Source: Octopus vulgaris
Taxonomy: Eukaryota
DNA length: 64,000 bases
Assembly: GCA_951406725.2 (NCBI GenBank)
Contig: OX597819.1
Span: 10,106,001 to 10,170,000 of the forward strand
Direction of reading: 5' to 3'
A model generated the notes under the pieces. It saw only the letters and a program-made list of their open reading frames with translations. It was not told the origin of the DNA and searched no databases. Positions 1 through 14,004 of the stretch are shown in pieces. The translations under genes were made by a program, and so were the position numbers. Position 1 is the first letter of the stretch. Every line of letters begins with the position of its first letter.

Positions 1-197
1 TTCTTCTTGTTTCTGTTGTACCTGTATTTCAAAGGGCCAGCCTTGTCACACTCTGTGTCACACTGAATCTCCCCGAGAACTACGATAAGGGTACACGTGC
101 CTGTGGAGCACTCAGCCACTTGCACGTTAATAAATGAGCAAGCTGTTCCGTTGATCGGATCAACAGGAATCCTTGTTGTCATAACTGATGGAGTACC
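1..197 (+). mobile_element. SINE family C, 3' part (diverged)
   Basis: Matches the 3' half of 8066-8451. Confidence 0.8.
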
Positions 198-535
198 ATG
201 ATCTATATTACACACATACATTCATACTTTTCCTGGTTTCACTGAAGGGCAGTCATCAAGGCCTCAAGTCAATAGCCTTCAGAAATATATATTTTCAATC
301 TGGTGTTTATTTTATTGATTTATATCTATTAAACCACTGGTTTACATAATGGAATACAAAATAAACAACAGCTTTTTTAGATCAGTGTAAACATAAACAA
401 ATACACAAATTTGGCAGGCTTCAGCACAGTTTTTTAGAACCAAATTTCATTCACAGAGCATTGCTCAAATTCAGGCCATACTGCAGAATTCTTGCACAAG
501 ATGCAGTGCCGCACACACACACACACACATGTATG

Positions 536-566
<31 letters not shown>

Positions 567-742
567 GTACATAAATACTAACACACACATACATAAAAAA
601 AAGAGAGAAAATTAAATTAGGAATGAAAGGAGAATAATGAGAAAGAAAACCAAAACAGTTGCTAAGTACTTCACTATCAGTTAATAGATTATGTATCTGA
701 TGAATGTACTGACTTATACACACATTCATGTGTTTATATCTG

Positions 743-1022
743 TTTCTTTATTGCCCACAAGGACCTAAACATAGAGGGGACAAACAAGGACAGACAAACG
801 GATTAAGTCGATTAAATCGACCCCAGTGCGTAACTGGTACTAATAATTTATCGACCCCCAAAAGGATGAAAGGCAAAGTCGACCTCGGCGGAATTTGAAC
901 TCAGAACGCAACGACAGACGCGTTCTGAGTTCAAATTCCGCCGAGGTCGACTTTGCCTTTCATCCTTTTGGGGGTCGATAAATTAAGTACCAGTTATGCA
1001 CTGGGGTCGATGTAATCAACTT
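743..1022. mobile_element. SINE family B with fold-back inverted duplication
   Basis: Minus copy 743-919 plus mirrored arm 920-1022. Confidence 0.85.
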
Positions 1023-1110
1023 GGCAGACATGTGTCTCATACCCAAATCTTCAGTAATAATGGACTGAACTGAACCGTAACTAATCTGCACATCCTCTGA
1101 TTTGAAGGTC
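1023..1110 (-). mobile_element. mariner transposase fragment
   Basis: SEDVQISYGSVQSIITEDLGMRHMSAK resembles the second HTH of mariner transposases, just before the WVP motif. Confidence 0.6.
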
Positions 1111-1653
1111 GGTGTGCCAAGTGGCTTCACTCTGGGTGCTTTAGTTTCGTTACTATGACAACAGTACTTATTGGTCATGTGTTTATATCTATCTATATAA
1201 ATGCACACGCACACATGCTTACATATTTGCATGAAGAAAAAAATGTATTGTGCATGTGCATATTAAATATTAAGTCTAATTGCACAGAAGGTTTAGTGAT
1301 GTCAAGAGAAAATGGAGGAAACTCTACTTGGCTGAATGGGAAGTTAGTGGGTGTTATTTGTTTGGTGGTGATAATGAAATCTAGTGTTGCAATAAATGCT
1401 TGTCAGAGTGTCAGCATTTTTGCAAAAATCTCAGATCTTGCATTTAAAAGGTTAGCGTAACTATGCCAGGTGTTCAAGAACGATGTTGTTTTCAGCTGTC
1501 CATAGATCTCAACTTCTATTTCATGTTTCCAAGTGGTCTCAGTCTCTTTATGATTTTTCAGTTGATATAGTCAAAGTTCCTTTCAATCAACAAATGTAAT
1601 AAATTTCTTTACTTACACTTCACTTTTGTGTCTATCTAAAATTGAGAATATGG

Positions 1654-1882
1654 TTAACCCTTTCGTTACTGAATTTATTTTGAGATGCTCAGTGTTTCTT
1701 CCAATTATGTTAAATAAAACAAAGAATTAAGTAAAATAACATCGTTATCATTAAGCTAGAGTTAGGGACATAAATTGTGACTAAGGTTTGGTGGAAGGTT
1801 TTAATTTAGAACTTTTGAAAACCAGACATTTGTACTAAAGAGCCAGAGTCGGTTTCAGCTGGGTTGGTAACAAAAGGGTTAA
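1654..1882 (+). mobile_element. piggyBac-type TTAA MITE, family 1
   Basis: TTAA-CCCTTTCGTTAC...GTAACAAAAGGG-TTAA. Confidence 0.88.
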
Positions 1883-2133
1883 AGTACAACAGTCATACTT
1901 ATAAAGTGTATACTACTTAAAGGTTTGGTGGTGCTGACCTCTGCTTCATATATGACTGCCATGTAGTGAATGAATGAACTTATCTTTTTATTTCTGAATG
2001 TATAGTTAACATTAGCTAATTTGGGTGGTTTTTGAGTTACCAGATTCTTCATGTAGTCAGAGGAACTTTAACTTAAGGTTTCCCCTATTGAATAATTTCT
2101 TATATTTATGGCTAGTAGGGGAATACTTATCAC

Positions 2134-2361
2134 TTAACCCTTTCGTTACTCTATTTATTTTGAGATGCTCTGTGTTTCTTTCAATTACTTTAAATATAAC
2201 AAAGAATTTAGTAAAATAACTTAGTTATCATTCAGCTAGTATTAGGAACATAAATTGTAATTAAGGTTTGGTGGAAGATTTTAATTCAAAACTCATGAAA
2301 ACAAGGCATTTGTACTCAGAGCCAGAGCCGGTTTCAGCCGGGTTGGTAACAAAAGGGTTAA
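2134..2361 (+). mobile_element. piggyBac-type TTAA MITE, family 1
   Basis: Same TIRs, TTAA TSD and body. Confidence 0.88.
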
Positions 2362-3047
2362 AGTTAAAATATTCTAAGCAATTATAAACTTATACATATC
2401 TACAAATGTGTGTATGCATGTCTTTTGGTAATGTTTTCCTGGAGGGAACTCCAAAAGTGAATATTGTACCTAAAATTAACAGTGACACAAAAATATTATC
2501 AATTCCATTATAGTGTGTGCGTGTGTTATACTTAGAAATATTTTCACAGAAATACATACAGATAAACAACTGGGGTTGAAATTATATTAAAATGATTGAC
2601 AGGCTGACTGATTAAATGAAGCTGCTGACATAGAATCTTTTAAACATTTACCTTCACCATTCCTCTTCCTCCTCCACAACAACAACAACATGTACCATTG
2701 ACAACTAAACCCAATAACAATAAATCACATCAAAATTAATAATAAAAAAATCCGACATTCCTTTATAGTTTTCAAATACTATCCACCAACAACATCACTA
2801 TTTCCACCAGCCGGCCACCAGCCCCAAACTTCCAGTGTTACTACTGTACAGTGCAATGCCACCAACCGACCCCAACATATTCAGATTAGCAGCCAAAAAG
2901 CTAATAGTTTTATTAAATCTCTGACATAAATTACTCTGAGAGGCCTCAAAGCAAGAGGGTGATTTCTAATAACTGTTTCAAATAAATCATTCAGAATGAA
3001 AAAGTATTTCTTAATTTACTTTGTAAATTACAGACAGTTGGAAATGT

Positions 3048-3123
<76 letters not shown>
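3048..3123. repeat. (TG)n(AG)n microsatellite
   Basis: Direct reading. Confidence 0.95.
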
Positions 3124-3180
3124 CATACTGAAATGTACTGGAAACACAGAAAAGTTTTGCCAACCTAATGTGGTAGTACC

Positions 3181-3411
3181 TATTTCTTTATTACCCACAA
3201 GGGGCTAAACATAGAGGGGACAAACAAGGACAGACAAAGGGATTAAGTCGGCTACATCGACCCCAGTGCGTAACTGGTACTTAATTTATCGACCCCGAAA
3301 GGATGAAAGGCAAAGTCAACCTCGGCGGAATTTGAACTCACAACGTAACGACGGACGAAATACCGCTAAGCATTTCATCCGGCGTGCTAACGTTTCTGCC
3401 AGCTTACTGCC
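3181..3411 (-). mobile_element. SINE family B (~230 bp; core GCCTTTCATCCTTTCGGGGTCGATAAATTAAGTACC resembles the MetaSINE domain)
   Basis: TSD cctaatRtggtagtacc. Confidence 0.88.
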
Positions 3412-3993
3412 TAATATGGTAGTACCGCTTGGGACAAATGCTACTGTTGTTTAGCCCTAGGAGACATCGTCTCCAGCTGGCTATACGGCACACGATTTGT
3501 GTCCTTATATTTTCGAAAGGGGGAGTTTAGCACCCCTACCCAGCACAAAGCAGCATCTGTGGACACATGGTTTCAAGGCTTTTCCTTTTTGTCGGCACAG
3601 AATAACTGTTTGGCTGAGATGGTGTTGCTAAACACTCGTTCGAAAGGATAATTTCCTAAGTGACACACAGTCATTGATCTAATAAATATTACTTAGAAAA
3701 GTTGTTTTATTATTAATATCTCTTTCATAAGATGTTGAAGTTAAGATAAATGCTTAAAAGCAGAATGCTGAAAACCCAAGTGCTTATACAAAGAGAAGAA
3801 AGAGCTATCTAGGTGACAACAAAAATCCTGGAAAAACAATATCTTAAGATTACAAATGCATATTTGAAAAATAAAAATCAGTCATACTCGCAGAGAAGTA
3901 GATTCCAGAAAGTATAAACTCAAATTCAATGTTGTCTAATCAAGCCTTTTTTACATGCTCACAATTGTCAACCAGAGATGTGTATTAAAATAT

Positions 3994-4383
3994 CTCTTTT
4001 ACTTGTTTCAGTCATTTGACTGCGGCCATGCTGGAGCACCGCCTTTAGTCAAGCAAATCGACCCCGGGACTTATTCTTTGTAAGCCCAGTACTTATTCTA
4101 TCGGTATCTTTTCTGCCAAACCGCTAAGTGACGGGGATGTAAACACACCAGCATCGGTTGTCAAGCAATGCTAGGGGGACAAACACACACACATACACAC
4201 ATATATATATACATATATACGACAGGCTTCTTTCAGTTTCCGTCTACCAAATCCACTCACAAGACATTGGTCGGCCCGGGGCTATAGCAGAAGACACTTG
4301 CCCAAGATGCCACGCAGTGGGACTGAACCCGGAACCATGTGGTTGGTTAGCAAGCTACTTACCACACAGCCACTCCTGCGCCT
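3994..4383 (-). mobile_element. tRNA-derived SINE family A (~390 bp)
   Basis: Head GGCGCAGGAGTGGCTGTGTGG with B box GGTTCAGTCCC; internal (TA/TG)n; tail ...GACTGAAACAAGTAAAAGAG. Confidence 0.9.
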
Positions 4384-6177
4384 GTGTGTCTATCAATGTT
4401 TACTTTGAGCATAAGGTTAGTAATTTTAGAGGGAGATGGTTAATGAATTACATTGATCCTAGAAGTTTTCTGATACCATTGACTATAGCAGGATTTGAAT
4501 TCAGAATGTAATAAACAGGAACAAATACTGCAAGGCATTCCCCGCCCCACACTTTAACCAGTTTTAGTCAGCTTGCCAATAAATTCTGACACTGGAACAA
4601 TTTTGTAGGTGAGCGGAATAGAGTCAATTAACCCTATGAGAGATAAAAGGTCATCAGACTTGGCAAGATTTGAAATCGGAAGAAAACAGCTTAGGCCAGC
4701 ATATAATCAGTAGCAGAAAATTAATAATAATAATGATAATAAAAGAAGAATTGAACAAAATCTAACACCCCCACCCCCCAAAAAACAAAGAAGAAAGAGT
4801 GATCAAAGGAAAATCATTCCTAATAAAGATTCATGATAAAAGAAATAAATTTTCAAATAGACATAAAAGTCCTTGTGCAACCAACTGTATAAGTAAAAGA
4901 ATTTAATTAAATATATAGCACGGTATGTTGCTAAGATTTGAACCTATATTAAAATTTTCATAGAGAAAAAAATATTTCTTTTTTTACTTAATAAATTTAG
5001 CCGTTTTAGTGTGATTTTCCTTCTAACAATAGACTCAGCTGCCTATATCAGTCACATGAATAGTAAAATATATTTTCAAAGTAAGTTGATGAAATGAGAG
5101 GAATCATGATGATGATGGAGAGAGAGTATAACAAATGCAGCTTTACTGAAGAAATGTCTATGTTAGCAACCCAGTTAATCTCTCTTTCTCACTCACTCAC
5201 CCTCTCTCTCTCTCCTTCTCTCACACACACACACAATCTTGTTTTGTGTAAGATGAAATAAGACAGATTTAATTAAAATATGAGGGATTTTTTCTTTTTA
5301 AGTACGATACTCTCCATAAATCAAACAGATGACCAAAGGTTGATACAAAATAATAATATATTCTAGATTCTTTTTAACTAAAACTTTGCTAAGTATTTAG
5401 AACACAAAAGATGCATCTTGCAGCTGCTGAGTATCAGAATCAATCACAGGAACAATATCCATGTGATATATTCAAAACTGGGTTGATATTTTTTTCCAGT
5501 GTTATTGATTGAAGAAAGAAAGAAAAATTCTAAGATAAACTTGCACAGCATGAAAAGGGGAAATACATGACAAACATTCAAATGTTTAGAATATGTTATT
5601 CTTTTGCTTGTTGTTCTTTTACTTTATATTTTATTTTCATAAGTGCTCCTTTGATGAAGTCTCTCAATCTTTTAAGTAATTAAAATTGTGTTACTTTCTA
5701 ACAATGGTTAATATGGTCCAAGGCATATGCCTGAAATGAAAAGAAACATGTTGGGATGGCCACAGCTGGAACACCTATAACCCTTCGACATTCCGATTAC
5801 TCTATCAAATGTAATACTTATCCGGTCACATTGCTTTGAACTAATCATGCATTACCTTGTAGCTTCGAGATTTCAATAATATGATTGTTTGGACATAAAA
5901 CAGGTAGGGTATTTGGGCTGGATATGGCCAGTTTAAATGTTAAAGGATTAATCCAAGACCTTGCTCAGTCAGGGCTGACATTGGTTATGACAAAGAACTA
6001 ATACTGATTTCAAATTTTGGCACAAGGCTAGCAATTTCAGTGAAGAAGTCAGTTACATTGGCCTCAATAATATTCAACTGGTACTTATTTTATTGACCCT
6101 GGAAGGATGAAAGGCAAAGTCGACCTTGGTGGGATTTGAACTCAGAACATGGAGACAGATGAAATGCTGCTAAGCAC

Positions 6178-6569
6178 TTTACTCTTTTACTTGTTTCAGT
6201 CATTTGACTGCGGCCATGCTGGAGCACCGCCTTTAGTTGAGCAAATCGACCCCGGGACTTATTCTTTTTGTAAGCCCAATACTTATTCTATCAGTCTCTT
6301 TTGCCGAACCGCTAAGTGACGGGGATGTAAACACACCAGCATCGGTTGTCAAGCAATGCTAGGGGTACAAACACAGACACACAAACACATACATATACAT
6401 ATATACGACAGGCTTCTTTCAGTTTCCGTCTACCAAATCCACCCACAAGGCATTGGTCGGCCCGGGCCTATAGCAGAAAACACATGCCCAAGATGCCACG
6501 CAGTGGGACTGAACCCGGAATCATGTGGTTGGTTAGCAAGCTACTTACCACACAGCCACTCCTGCGCCT
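6178..6569 (-). mobile_element. SINE family A
   Basis: Near-identical to 3994-4383; preceded by a partial family-B copy at ~6060-6177. Confidence 0.9.
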
Positions 6570-6940
6570 ACGTTTTTTTTTCGGTGGTTTTGCTTACGTT
6601 TATAAAGAAACAAGTGTGAAACTACCAGTGTATTTCACCAGAAACAAATGGAAGAAAGTAGATAACTACGAAACCAGTCACTATGTAATCACTTGAAATG
6701 TGCATACTAAATGACAGGTATGAATGGCCAGTCATTAGTTCTATCTCCCAATGGCAGATGGCTTGGAACATGACAACTCCTCTAACCCATGCCACAGCAT
6801 GGAATGAATGTAAAATGGCCATGACACGTATATGTAATATGTGTGAGTGTATTTACACACGAATGAATATATGATGTAATAAATGAAAGAACAGAGACAA
6901 CATCGGGCACCCCTCCCAACAAAGTGCCGGTGGTATAATC

Positions 6941-7173
6941 AGGGCGGCGAGCTGGCAGAAACGCTAGCACGCCGGACGAAATTCTTTGCGGTATTTCGTC
7001 TGCCGTTACGTTCTGAGTTCAAATTTCGCCGAGGTCAACTTTGCCTTTCATCCTTTCGGGGTCGATTAAATAAGTACCAGTTACGCACTGGGGGTCGATA
7101 TAATCAACTTAATACCTATGTCTGTCCTTGTTTGTCCCCTCTGTGTTTAGCCCCTTGTGGGTAATAAAGAAAT
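6941..7173 (+). mobile_element. SINE family B
   Basis: Head GGCGGCGAGCTGGCAGAA, B box GAGTTCAAATT; TSD ggtataatca. Confidence 0.88.
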
Positions 7174-8065
7174 AGGTATAATCAAATAAACTCTTAAGTG
7201 AGTAGTATTAAAGATGATATCAAGACAGAGAAACCATATCCAAAATGGGATATACAAGCATCACATGGTCCCTAATCTGTTTCATAGGGTAGTTTTTCCA
7301 AAGGACAACTGACATGGATTGTGTTGACTCATTATATCAGCATATAAAAAGGGACATTAAATGACTATAATACATATATAAAATATGTTTATTACACATG
7401 CAAATACACTAGAGAGGGTGAATAGCCTATGTATGTATATGCAAGCAATATGGCTGCATCTTTGTCAATTCCATGTTTGATGTAGTCTCAGTTTTGTCAT
7501 CGTTATTACTGATTTCTGGTCTCACTGAGGAAACAAGGAGCTGGGAATTGTGGCAATTTACTGTACTTGAAAAGACGTGTGAAGCTAAGTAAGATTGCTG
7601 TCTTCCTTTCAAATGCCAATGTCACATGACCTGTGCTGGTGTTGCGTAAATGCACCTGTGCTGGTGGCACGTAAGAGGCACCCAGCCTACTCTGTTAAGT
7701 GGTTGGCATTAGGAAAGACACCCAGCTGTAGAAATCATGTCACAACAGACATTTGGAGTTTGGCCAGCTCCACATCAAACCATACAACCCATGCCAGCAT
7801 GGAAAATGGATGTTAAACTAGGATGATGAATGTGCTTTTAGGCTTGAAATCTGTAGAGTGTGTTGGTTGCATTCCTGTTCAGGCCAAATGATTATTGGAA
7901 TTGTAAACAAATATACATAGATGTCACATATGCATAACATATGTATAGTTTTTTTTATATCCTAATACTCATTAAAGGCTGCAATCCATTAGATACACAT
8001 ATAGTCAGCCAATGAAAAGCACTAGTTAAGCTGCTCATTCTTCGCATAAATACTAGATACATTGT

Positions 8066-8451
8066 GGAGGCGCAATGGCCCAGTGGTTAAGGCAGCGAAC
8101 TTGCGGTCGTAGGATTGCGGTTTCGATTCCCAGACCGAGCGTTGTGAGTGTTTATTGAGCGAAAACACCTAAAAGCTCCACGAGGCTCCGGCAGGGGATG
8201 GTGGTGATCCCTGCTGTACTCTTTCACCACAACTTTCTCTCACTCTTACTTCCTGTTTCTGTTGTACCTGTATTTCAAAGGGCCGGCCTTGTCACTCTCT
8301 GTGTCATGCTGAATATTCCCGAGAACTACGTTAAGGGTGCACGTGTCTGTGGAGTGCTCAGCCACTTACACGTTAATTTCACGAGCAGGCTGTTCCGTTG
8401 ATTCGGATCAACCGGAACCCTCGTCATCGTCGTAACCGACGGAGTGCTTCC
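8066..8451 (+). mobile_element. tRNA-derived SINE family C (~385 bp)
   Basis: GGAGGCGCAATGGCCCAGTGG (A box)...GGTTTCGATTCCC (B box)...GACGGAGTGCTTCC. Confidence 0.9.
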
Positions 8452-10238
8452 ATCCATCTATATTATACCCCACACCTGTACACACTTTCAAATGATGGAA
8501 TATCTTAAGTGTTTCTTTTTTTAAATTGTATTTTTAAATAAAATAATTGAACAGTGTACTAACTGACCTAATTTCAAGGAGCAGCAAAAGAATATTGGGA
8601 AGGGGAACAGAAAAAAAAAAACCAACAAGCAAGGAATAATCAAAGAGAGTCAGCTTAGAGCAAATAAATAAATCAATCAATAGACATGTGAAGTTCTCAC
8701 TGGTTGAGAGTTTGTGCTATTATTGAAATGGTTTCTTCAACCAACAAGCTAACTTGTCTCATGTTCCAGCTCGGAAGGATCAAAGTGCAATATAAGGCAA
8801 AGGAGAAAAGGAAGGTGGTTGGGCAGGAAAAAAAAATGAACATATATTAATTGGAGTATAATGAATTAAAGTGATTTTCCCAATGCCAGTTGGTAATTTA
8901 AATAGGAAACAACTCTACAGTTTCAAGGGAAACCCTCTGTAAATAGAATATTAAAAGAGAAAAAAATCAATCTGAGAAGCACAAACGAACACATAAATAC
9001 AACAAAGTATTTCTGGCATCTCAGATTGTAAAATGCAGGGGAGTGCATAAAGCAGCGAAATGCATGGAATCGGCACAAAGGGAAACTCTGCATAATGTGA
9101 ACTGTGCACGATGTGAACATTTGTGATAATGGGGGAAGTGAGAGAAATCCTGCTAAAAAGAGAAAAATTAATACAGCAAAATAGAACCATTCTAAATTTG
9201 ATGCTTTTTGTGGTCTTTTGCAAGAGAAACCACTAACTGCCATTTACATTCAATGAAATCATGCCAAGCTCAGCTGAATCAACAGATTTCAAAAGTCACC
9301 TGCAGATAACATTTTTTTTTCTCTATTTCTAACTTGGCCAATAGAAATTACTACAGATGAAAATGGCACCAAGTAAAATATTCCAGAATAGAACAATAGA
9401 GACAACAGAAATAAATAAATAAAAGAAAAACAAAAACAGTACAAAAGAATTCTTTACAAACCATTTTAATCCACTCATTTTCCATTTGGAAAACAACAGA
9501 TAAATTGAAAGCAATTTACTAAGATAAATTAGAGACAATTTAAGCAAAAAGCATTTGATTATTAATTTTTACATTCTGCATACTAGATTAAAAATATCCA
9601 AAGAAACAATTCTAAATGAGATTTTGCATTAATGTAAAATTAGCTAAGGAAAATAAATTTTTTTAATTGTCCAGAAAAACAATCAAGGCATTTATCATTT
9701 TGAGAGAAAGGAAATTTTAATAAAAGATCAAGTTGAGATAAAAATAATTTCAGATGAGATATGTATAAACAGGCAGAAGCATTGGTTATCCTGATAATGG
9801 TAACAATACCCAAAGTATACAAAGAAGTAAATAATTTCTTCAGGAACTTTTACTAAAATACAGCTATTAATGAAATATATCCTCCTCAAGAATAATTAAG
9901 AGTCAGTTATTATTTACTTTTTTTAAATTAAAACTATTGAAAAGCATGAGAAATATGACCACCACTACAATCATGTCATTATCAAGATAGATTTTATTTT
10001 TCAGTTATTCAGCCACTAAGGAATAAAAAGGTTGTTGGAGTAAATACAGTAAAAGCATTAATTCAAACTGAATCACTATTACAGTTAGAAACTAAGTTAA
10101 AGTACATTACTTCCCTCAACTGACAAAGCTGAACCCCCCCCCCCAAAAAAAACCCAGATGCCACATATACTTCACCACTAGATAACACCTTTCCCAAGTG
10201 AGAGGATTTGATCTTAGCACCAATGAGTGAAACGCATA

Positions 10239-10627
10239 CTCTTTTACTTGCTTCAGTCATCTGACTGCGGCCATGCTGGAGCACCGCCTTTAATCGAGCA
10301 ACTCGACCCCGGGACTTATTCTTTTGTAAGCCCAGTACTTATTCTATCGGTCTCTTTTGCTGAACTGCTAAGTAACGGGGACATAAACACACCTGCATCG
10401 GTTGTCAAGCAATGCTAGGGGGACAAACACACAAACATACACACGCATATATATATATATATATATATACATATATACGACGGGCTTCTTTCAGTTTCCG
10501 TCTACTAAATCCACTCACAAGGCATTGGTCGGCCTGAGGCTATAGTAGACACTTGCCCAAGGTGCCACGCAGTGGGACTGAACCCGGGACCATGTGGTTG
10601 GTAAACAGGCTACTTACCACACAGCCA
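10239..10627 (-). mobile_element. SINE family A
   Basis: Same body and tail. Confidence 0.88.
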
Positions 10628-11153
10628 TGCAGCATTCTATACTAATGTTCTTTTATATCTCTATGACTTCTATTTTGGAGATAAACGATTAGCATCTAAG
10701 AAAGATGACTGTTACATTCAGTATTTAAATTGAAAGGAGTTCCTTTGCAAACTATCTCCCTTTTTCTTTACTTGCTTTACTACACTGCCAATGAACCAGG
10801 TGAAATAATAAAGATGAAATATGAACCCGAGAAAATTCTTTGGTTAAAGATGACAAGGAATTAGATCAAAGGCATTGAAAAACTATTGTCCATCCAAGAG
10901 TATGTTTGTTTCACTGACTGTTTATAATTATTCTTAACTATTTTGATTATTTTTCAATCTAAACTATGTGATTTTAGAAATCATTTGATTCAAACAAGAT
11001 TTGTATTGTATAATCTTAAAAGTTTTTCACAACACAGAGTTTTTAACTAGAAGATTGATTTGTTAATTTATATTTGGTAAATAGTTAACTTTCTGGACAC
11101 AAATGATGATGATGATCTGGATATCAGAAAATAAGTGAGCAAATTAAAAGGAA

Positions 11154-11190
<37 letters not shown>

Positions 11191-12117
11191 AAGAGAGAGT
11201 CAATTACAAATTAATGAAACAATGATGGAAATCTCACACATCAGAAATTCATAAGTCCATGCTCCAATTAAGCTTTCAACATCCTACTAACAGCAGTCTA
11301 ACACCATTCAACAATCTTTATCACATATAACCATTAGACTAAGCAAAGTAAAGACATGATGGACACACACACACACACAGATAAAATGTAATTCTCATCA
11401 GTGGAGAAATTTTCATTATATGAAGGATGGTTCTGAATAGTAATAATTACTTTCAATGAGAGGATGTTAAAATTGCTTTTACACTTTATCTAGCTTCATA
11501 AAAGTAAATGGGATGGAAACAGTATTTGGTTGAAAACTGTTGTTTTCTATTGGGATTTTAGCAACAACATCCTGACATTTCATCAACTGAGGACAAAAGA
11601 AACTATGTGCTAATTTGCTAAAAGCCAGACTAAAAATAAAATCCACACACACACAAAAGCCGAATTCATTTTGTTATTAAAGAAACTGAAGTTGCATAAA
11701 TAATTATAGCAAAATTGATACCATGGCAACAAATTGAAATTGAACTGACACAAGTGTTCTGGGAATAGATGTGCTCAATACTATGCATTTATAATAATAA
11801 GTGTGTGTGCGTGTGTATGTGTATGTATATATATGACAAATTGATAAATATATACATACATACAGAGAGAGTGAAGGAGAGACAAGGATTTTAAATATCA
11901 CTCCACAGATTGCAAAAGCAAAGTGCAGTCTCCAAGAATGTAAAGCAAGATAGATTGGTGAAAATACGGTGCAGATAGCATGGACTGCACAATAGATATA
12001 CTCTACATTGTTAGACAATACCTGCACGGACCAGCAGGCACAGTTGATGGGAATTGATATAGATAAGGCTTCAGTCAGTATCCATGGTCTATGTAGAAAG
12101 GATGGATGTCCCCTTAC

Positions 12118-12165
12118 CCAGGCAAAACAGTGGGCAAGACAATGGATGCCACGATGAAATTGGGG
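12118..12165 (-). CDS. candidate 48-nt symmetric cassette exon
   Basis: tctgac...ttttcttcag|CCCCAA...GCCTGG|gtaagg; open in phase 0 (PQFHRGIHCLAHCFAW) and phase 1. Confidence 0.4.
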
Positions 12166-13176
12166 CTGAAGAAAATAGTCAGACATTATAGAACATATTT
12201 TAAGTCAGGAAATAACTAAGTTGATAAAGTATTTAAACGAATGATATACAAATATAACTAAAAAATTAAATTTTTTTCAAAATTTCAATTGTAATTAGTA
12301 TACATTCATTAATATTTGAACTTAAATATCATTAATCAGACATTCACTCACTCAGGCAAATATAATAAACAGAACTAATTGCATGACTTCTTAGTTGATA
12401 TTCAGTCAATGTGGTAATGAGAGCAATTCTCTAAGTTATATCCATTTCAGCATTCATCACACATACAGTGTCCACATTGTTTTATGGTGGTAAGCTACTA
12501 CTCTTGCTCTGATAGCTATTTACGACTAAGCTACTACTCAGATAGCTATTTACACCGAGGTGGTTTTGGTCAGTAGAAGTATCTTCAAAATGGTAATGAT
12601 GGAGCACAAACAATAGTCATTACTGAATATTAACCATTTATCTGTTGTTGATTGACAAAATTGTAAAATGTAATGTTAAAAACAATTTAATCTATTATTA
12701 TTATTTTTTTAAATTCAAATTTACACAGTACTTTGTAAAAAAAAAAAAAAAAGGTACTAACAGCTATAGATAAATATTTGTTTTTTTTTGTGTTGAAAAC
12801 CAAACAGATGACCTCTTTCTGGCGTGTGATAAGATTTACTGGCACTTATAAGTTAATTGGCTAATATCTTTTAATTGCAATGCCTACACCTTCTCATATA
12901 AAAACCCTGTGGCACAATCAGTGAAGGCTTAGATTCAAAAAGAATTTATTTGTCCACGAATGTAGCATGAGGAAACACATAGACCCAGCTTTCATCAAGA
13001 TGACAGTGCCATTAATAGACCAAAGATTCACAGATTTTAAGAAATGTCTCAAATATTATGTTATTTAATCTTAGGAAATATTCTAAGTCTCATAATTAAT
13101 GAGGTTTAGCTTTATGAAACAACTAAGTTCAAGTTTAATCCTCAAAAGACAACAGGGCTGATCTTGGTGCTGCAAT

Positions 13177-13593
13177 TTACTCTTTTACTTGTTTCAGTCA
13201 TTTTGACTGTGGCCATGCTGGAGCACTGCCTTTAGTCGAGCAAATCGACCCCGGGACTTATTCTTTGTAAGCCCAGTACTTATTCTATCGGTCTCTTTTG
13301 CCGAACCGCTAAGTAACGGGGACGTAAACACACCACCATCGGTTGTCAAGCAATGCTAGGGGGACAAACACAGGCACACAAACATACACATATACATATA
13401 TACGACAGGCTTCTTTCAGTTTCCGTCTACCAAATCCACTCACAAGGCATTGGTCGGCCCGGGGCTATAGCAGAAGACACTTGTCCAAGATGCCACTCAG
13501 TGGGACTGAACCCGGAACCATGTGGTTGGTTAGCAAGCTACTTACCACACAGCCACTCTTGCGCCTATTACCACACAGCCACTCCTGCGCCTA
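13177..13593 (-). mobile_element. SINE family A with tandem duplication of its 5' 26 bp
   Basis: ttaccacacagccactcYtgcgccta occurs twice at 13542-13593. Confidence 0.88.
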
Positions 13594-13971
13594 TATATAT
13601 ATATATATATATATTTATAACTTAACCTTATGTACTTTATAAAATCTCTGACGAAATCTAGAGAAACACCCAAGTACCTCAATTTCATCTACTTATTACT
13701 TCAGTCTACTGAAGGAATAAAGGTAGAATGAGGTATTTTTGCCTCTTGGCTGATACAGCTGTAAGTTATTTTCTCAATTTATATTCCTCTGTTCTATATC
13801 TTAATAATTACTGGTATCTTTATATATTAATATATTTTTATATGTAAAGCAAAACATGTTATACATGTATGTATATTCTTGTAATTGTCATTTTAGTAAA
13901 TAAATAAGTTGACATAATATAATCTCTAAAAGTTGATGAACCACCTATTGATCCCCTCCATTTTCTAATTG

Positions 13972-13972
<1 letters not shown>

Positions 13973-14004
<32 letters not shown>

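Noticed and set aside
4158-4511. Recurrent ORFs 'MSSNARGTNT...', 'MVVIPAVLFHH...' and 'MDGSTGV...' resembling a gene family
   Set aside because: They are readings of SINE families A, C and D, with stops and frameshifts that vary between copies.
8066-8140. tRNA-like sequence with A and B boxes
   Set aside because: It is a SINE head continuing into a repeat body; no proper acceptor stem or T-run terminator.
8701-8769. Possible exon (MRQVSLLVEETISIIAQTLN) with GTGAGA donor
   Set aside because: Needs a rare GAG acceptor and phase 2, which is incompatible with neighbouring candidates; no homology.
1-12000. Search for RhoGAP-domain exons downstream of the linker
   Set aside because: No recognisable GAP motifs (for example GLYRVSG, LKxFF) were found on the minus strand; the domain presumably lies beyond position 1.
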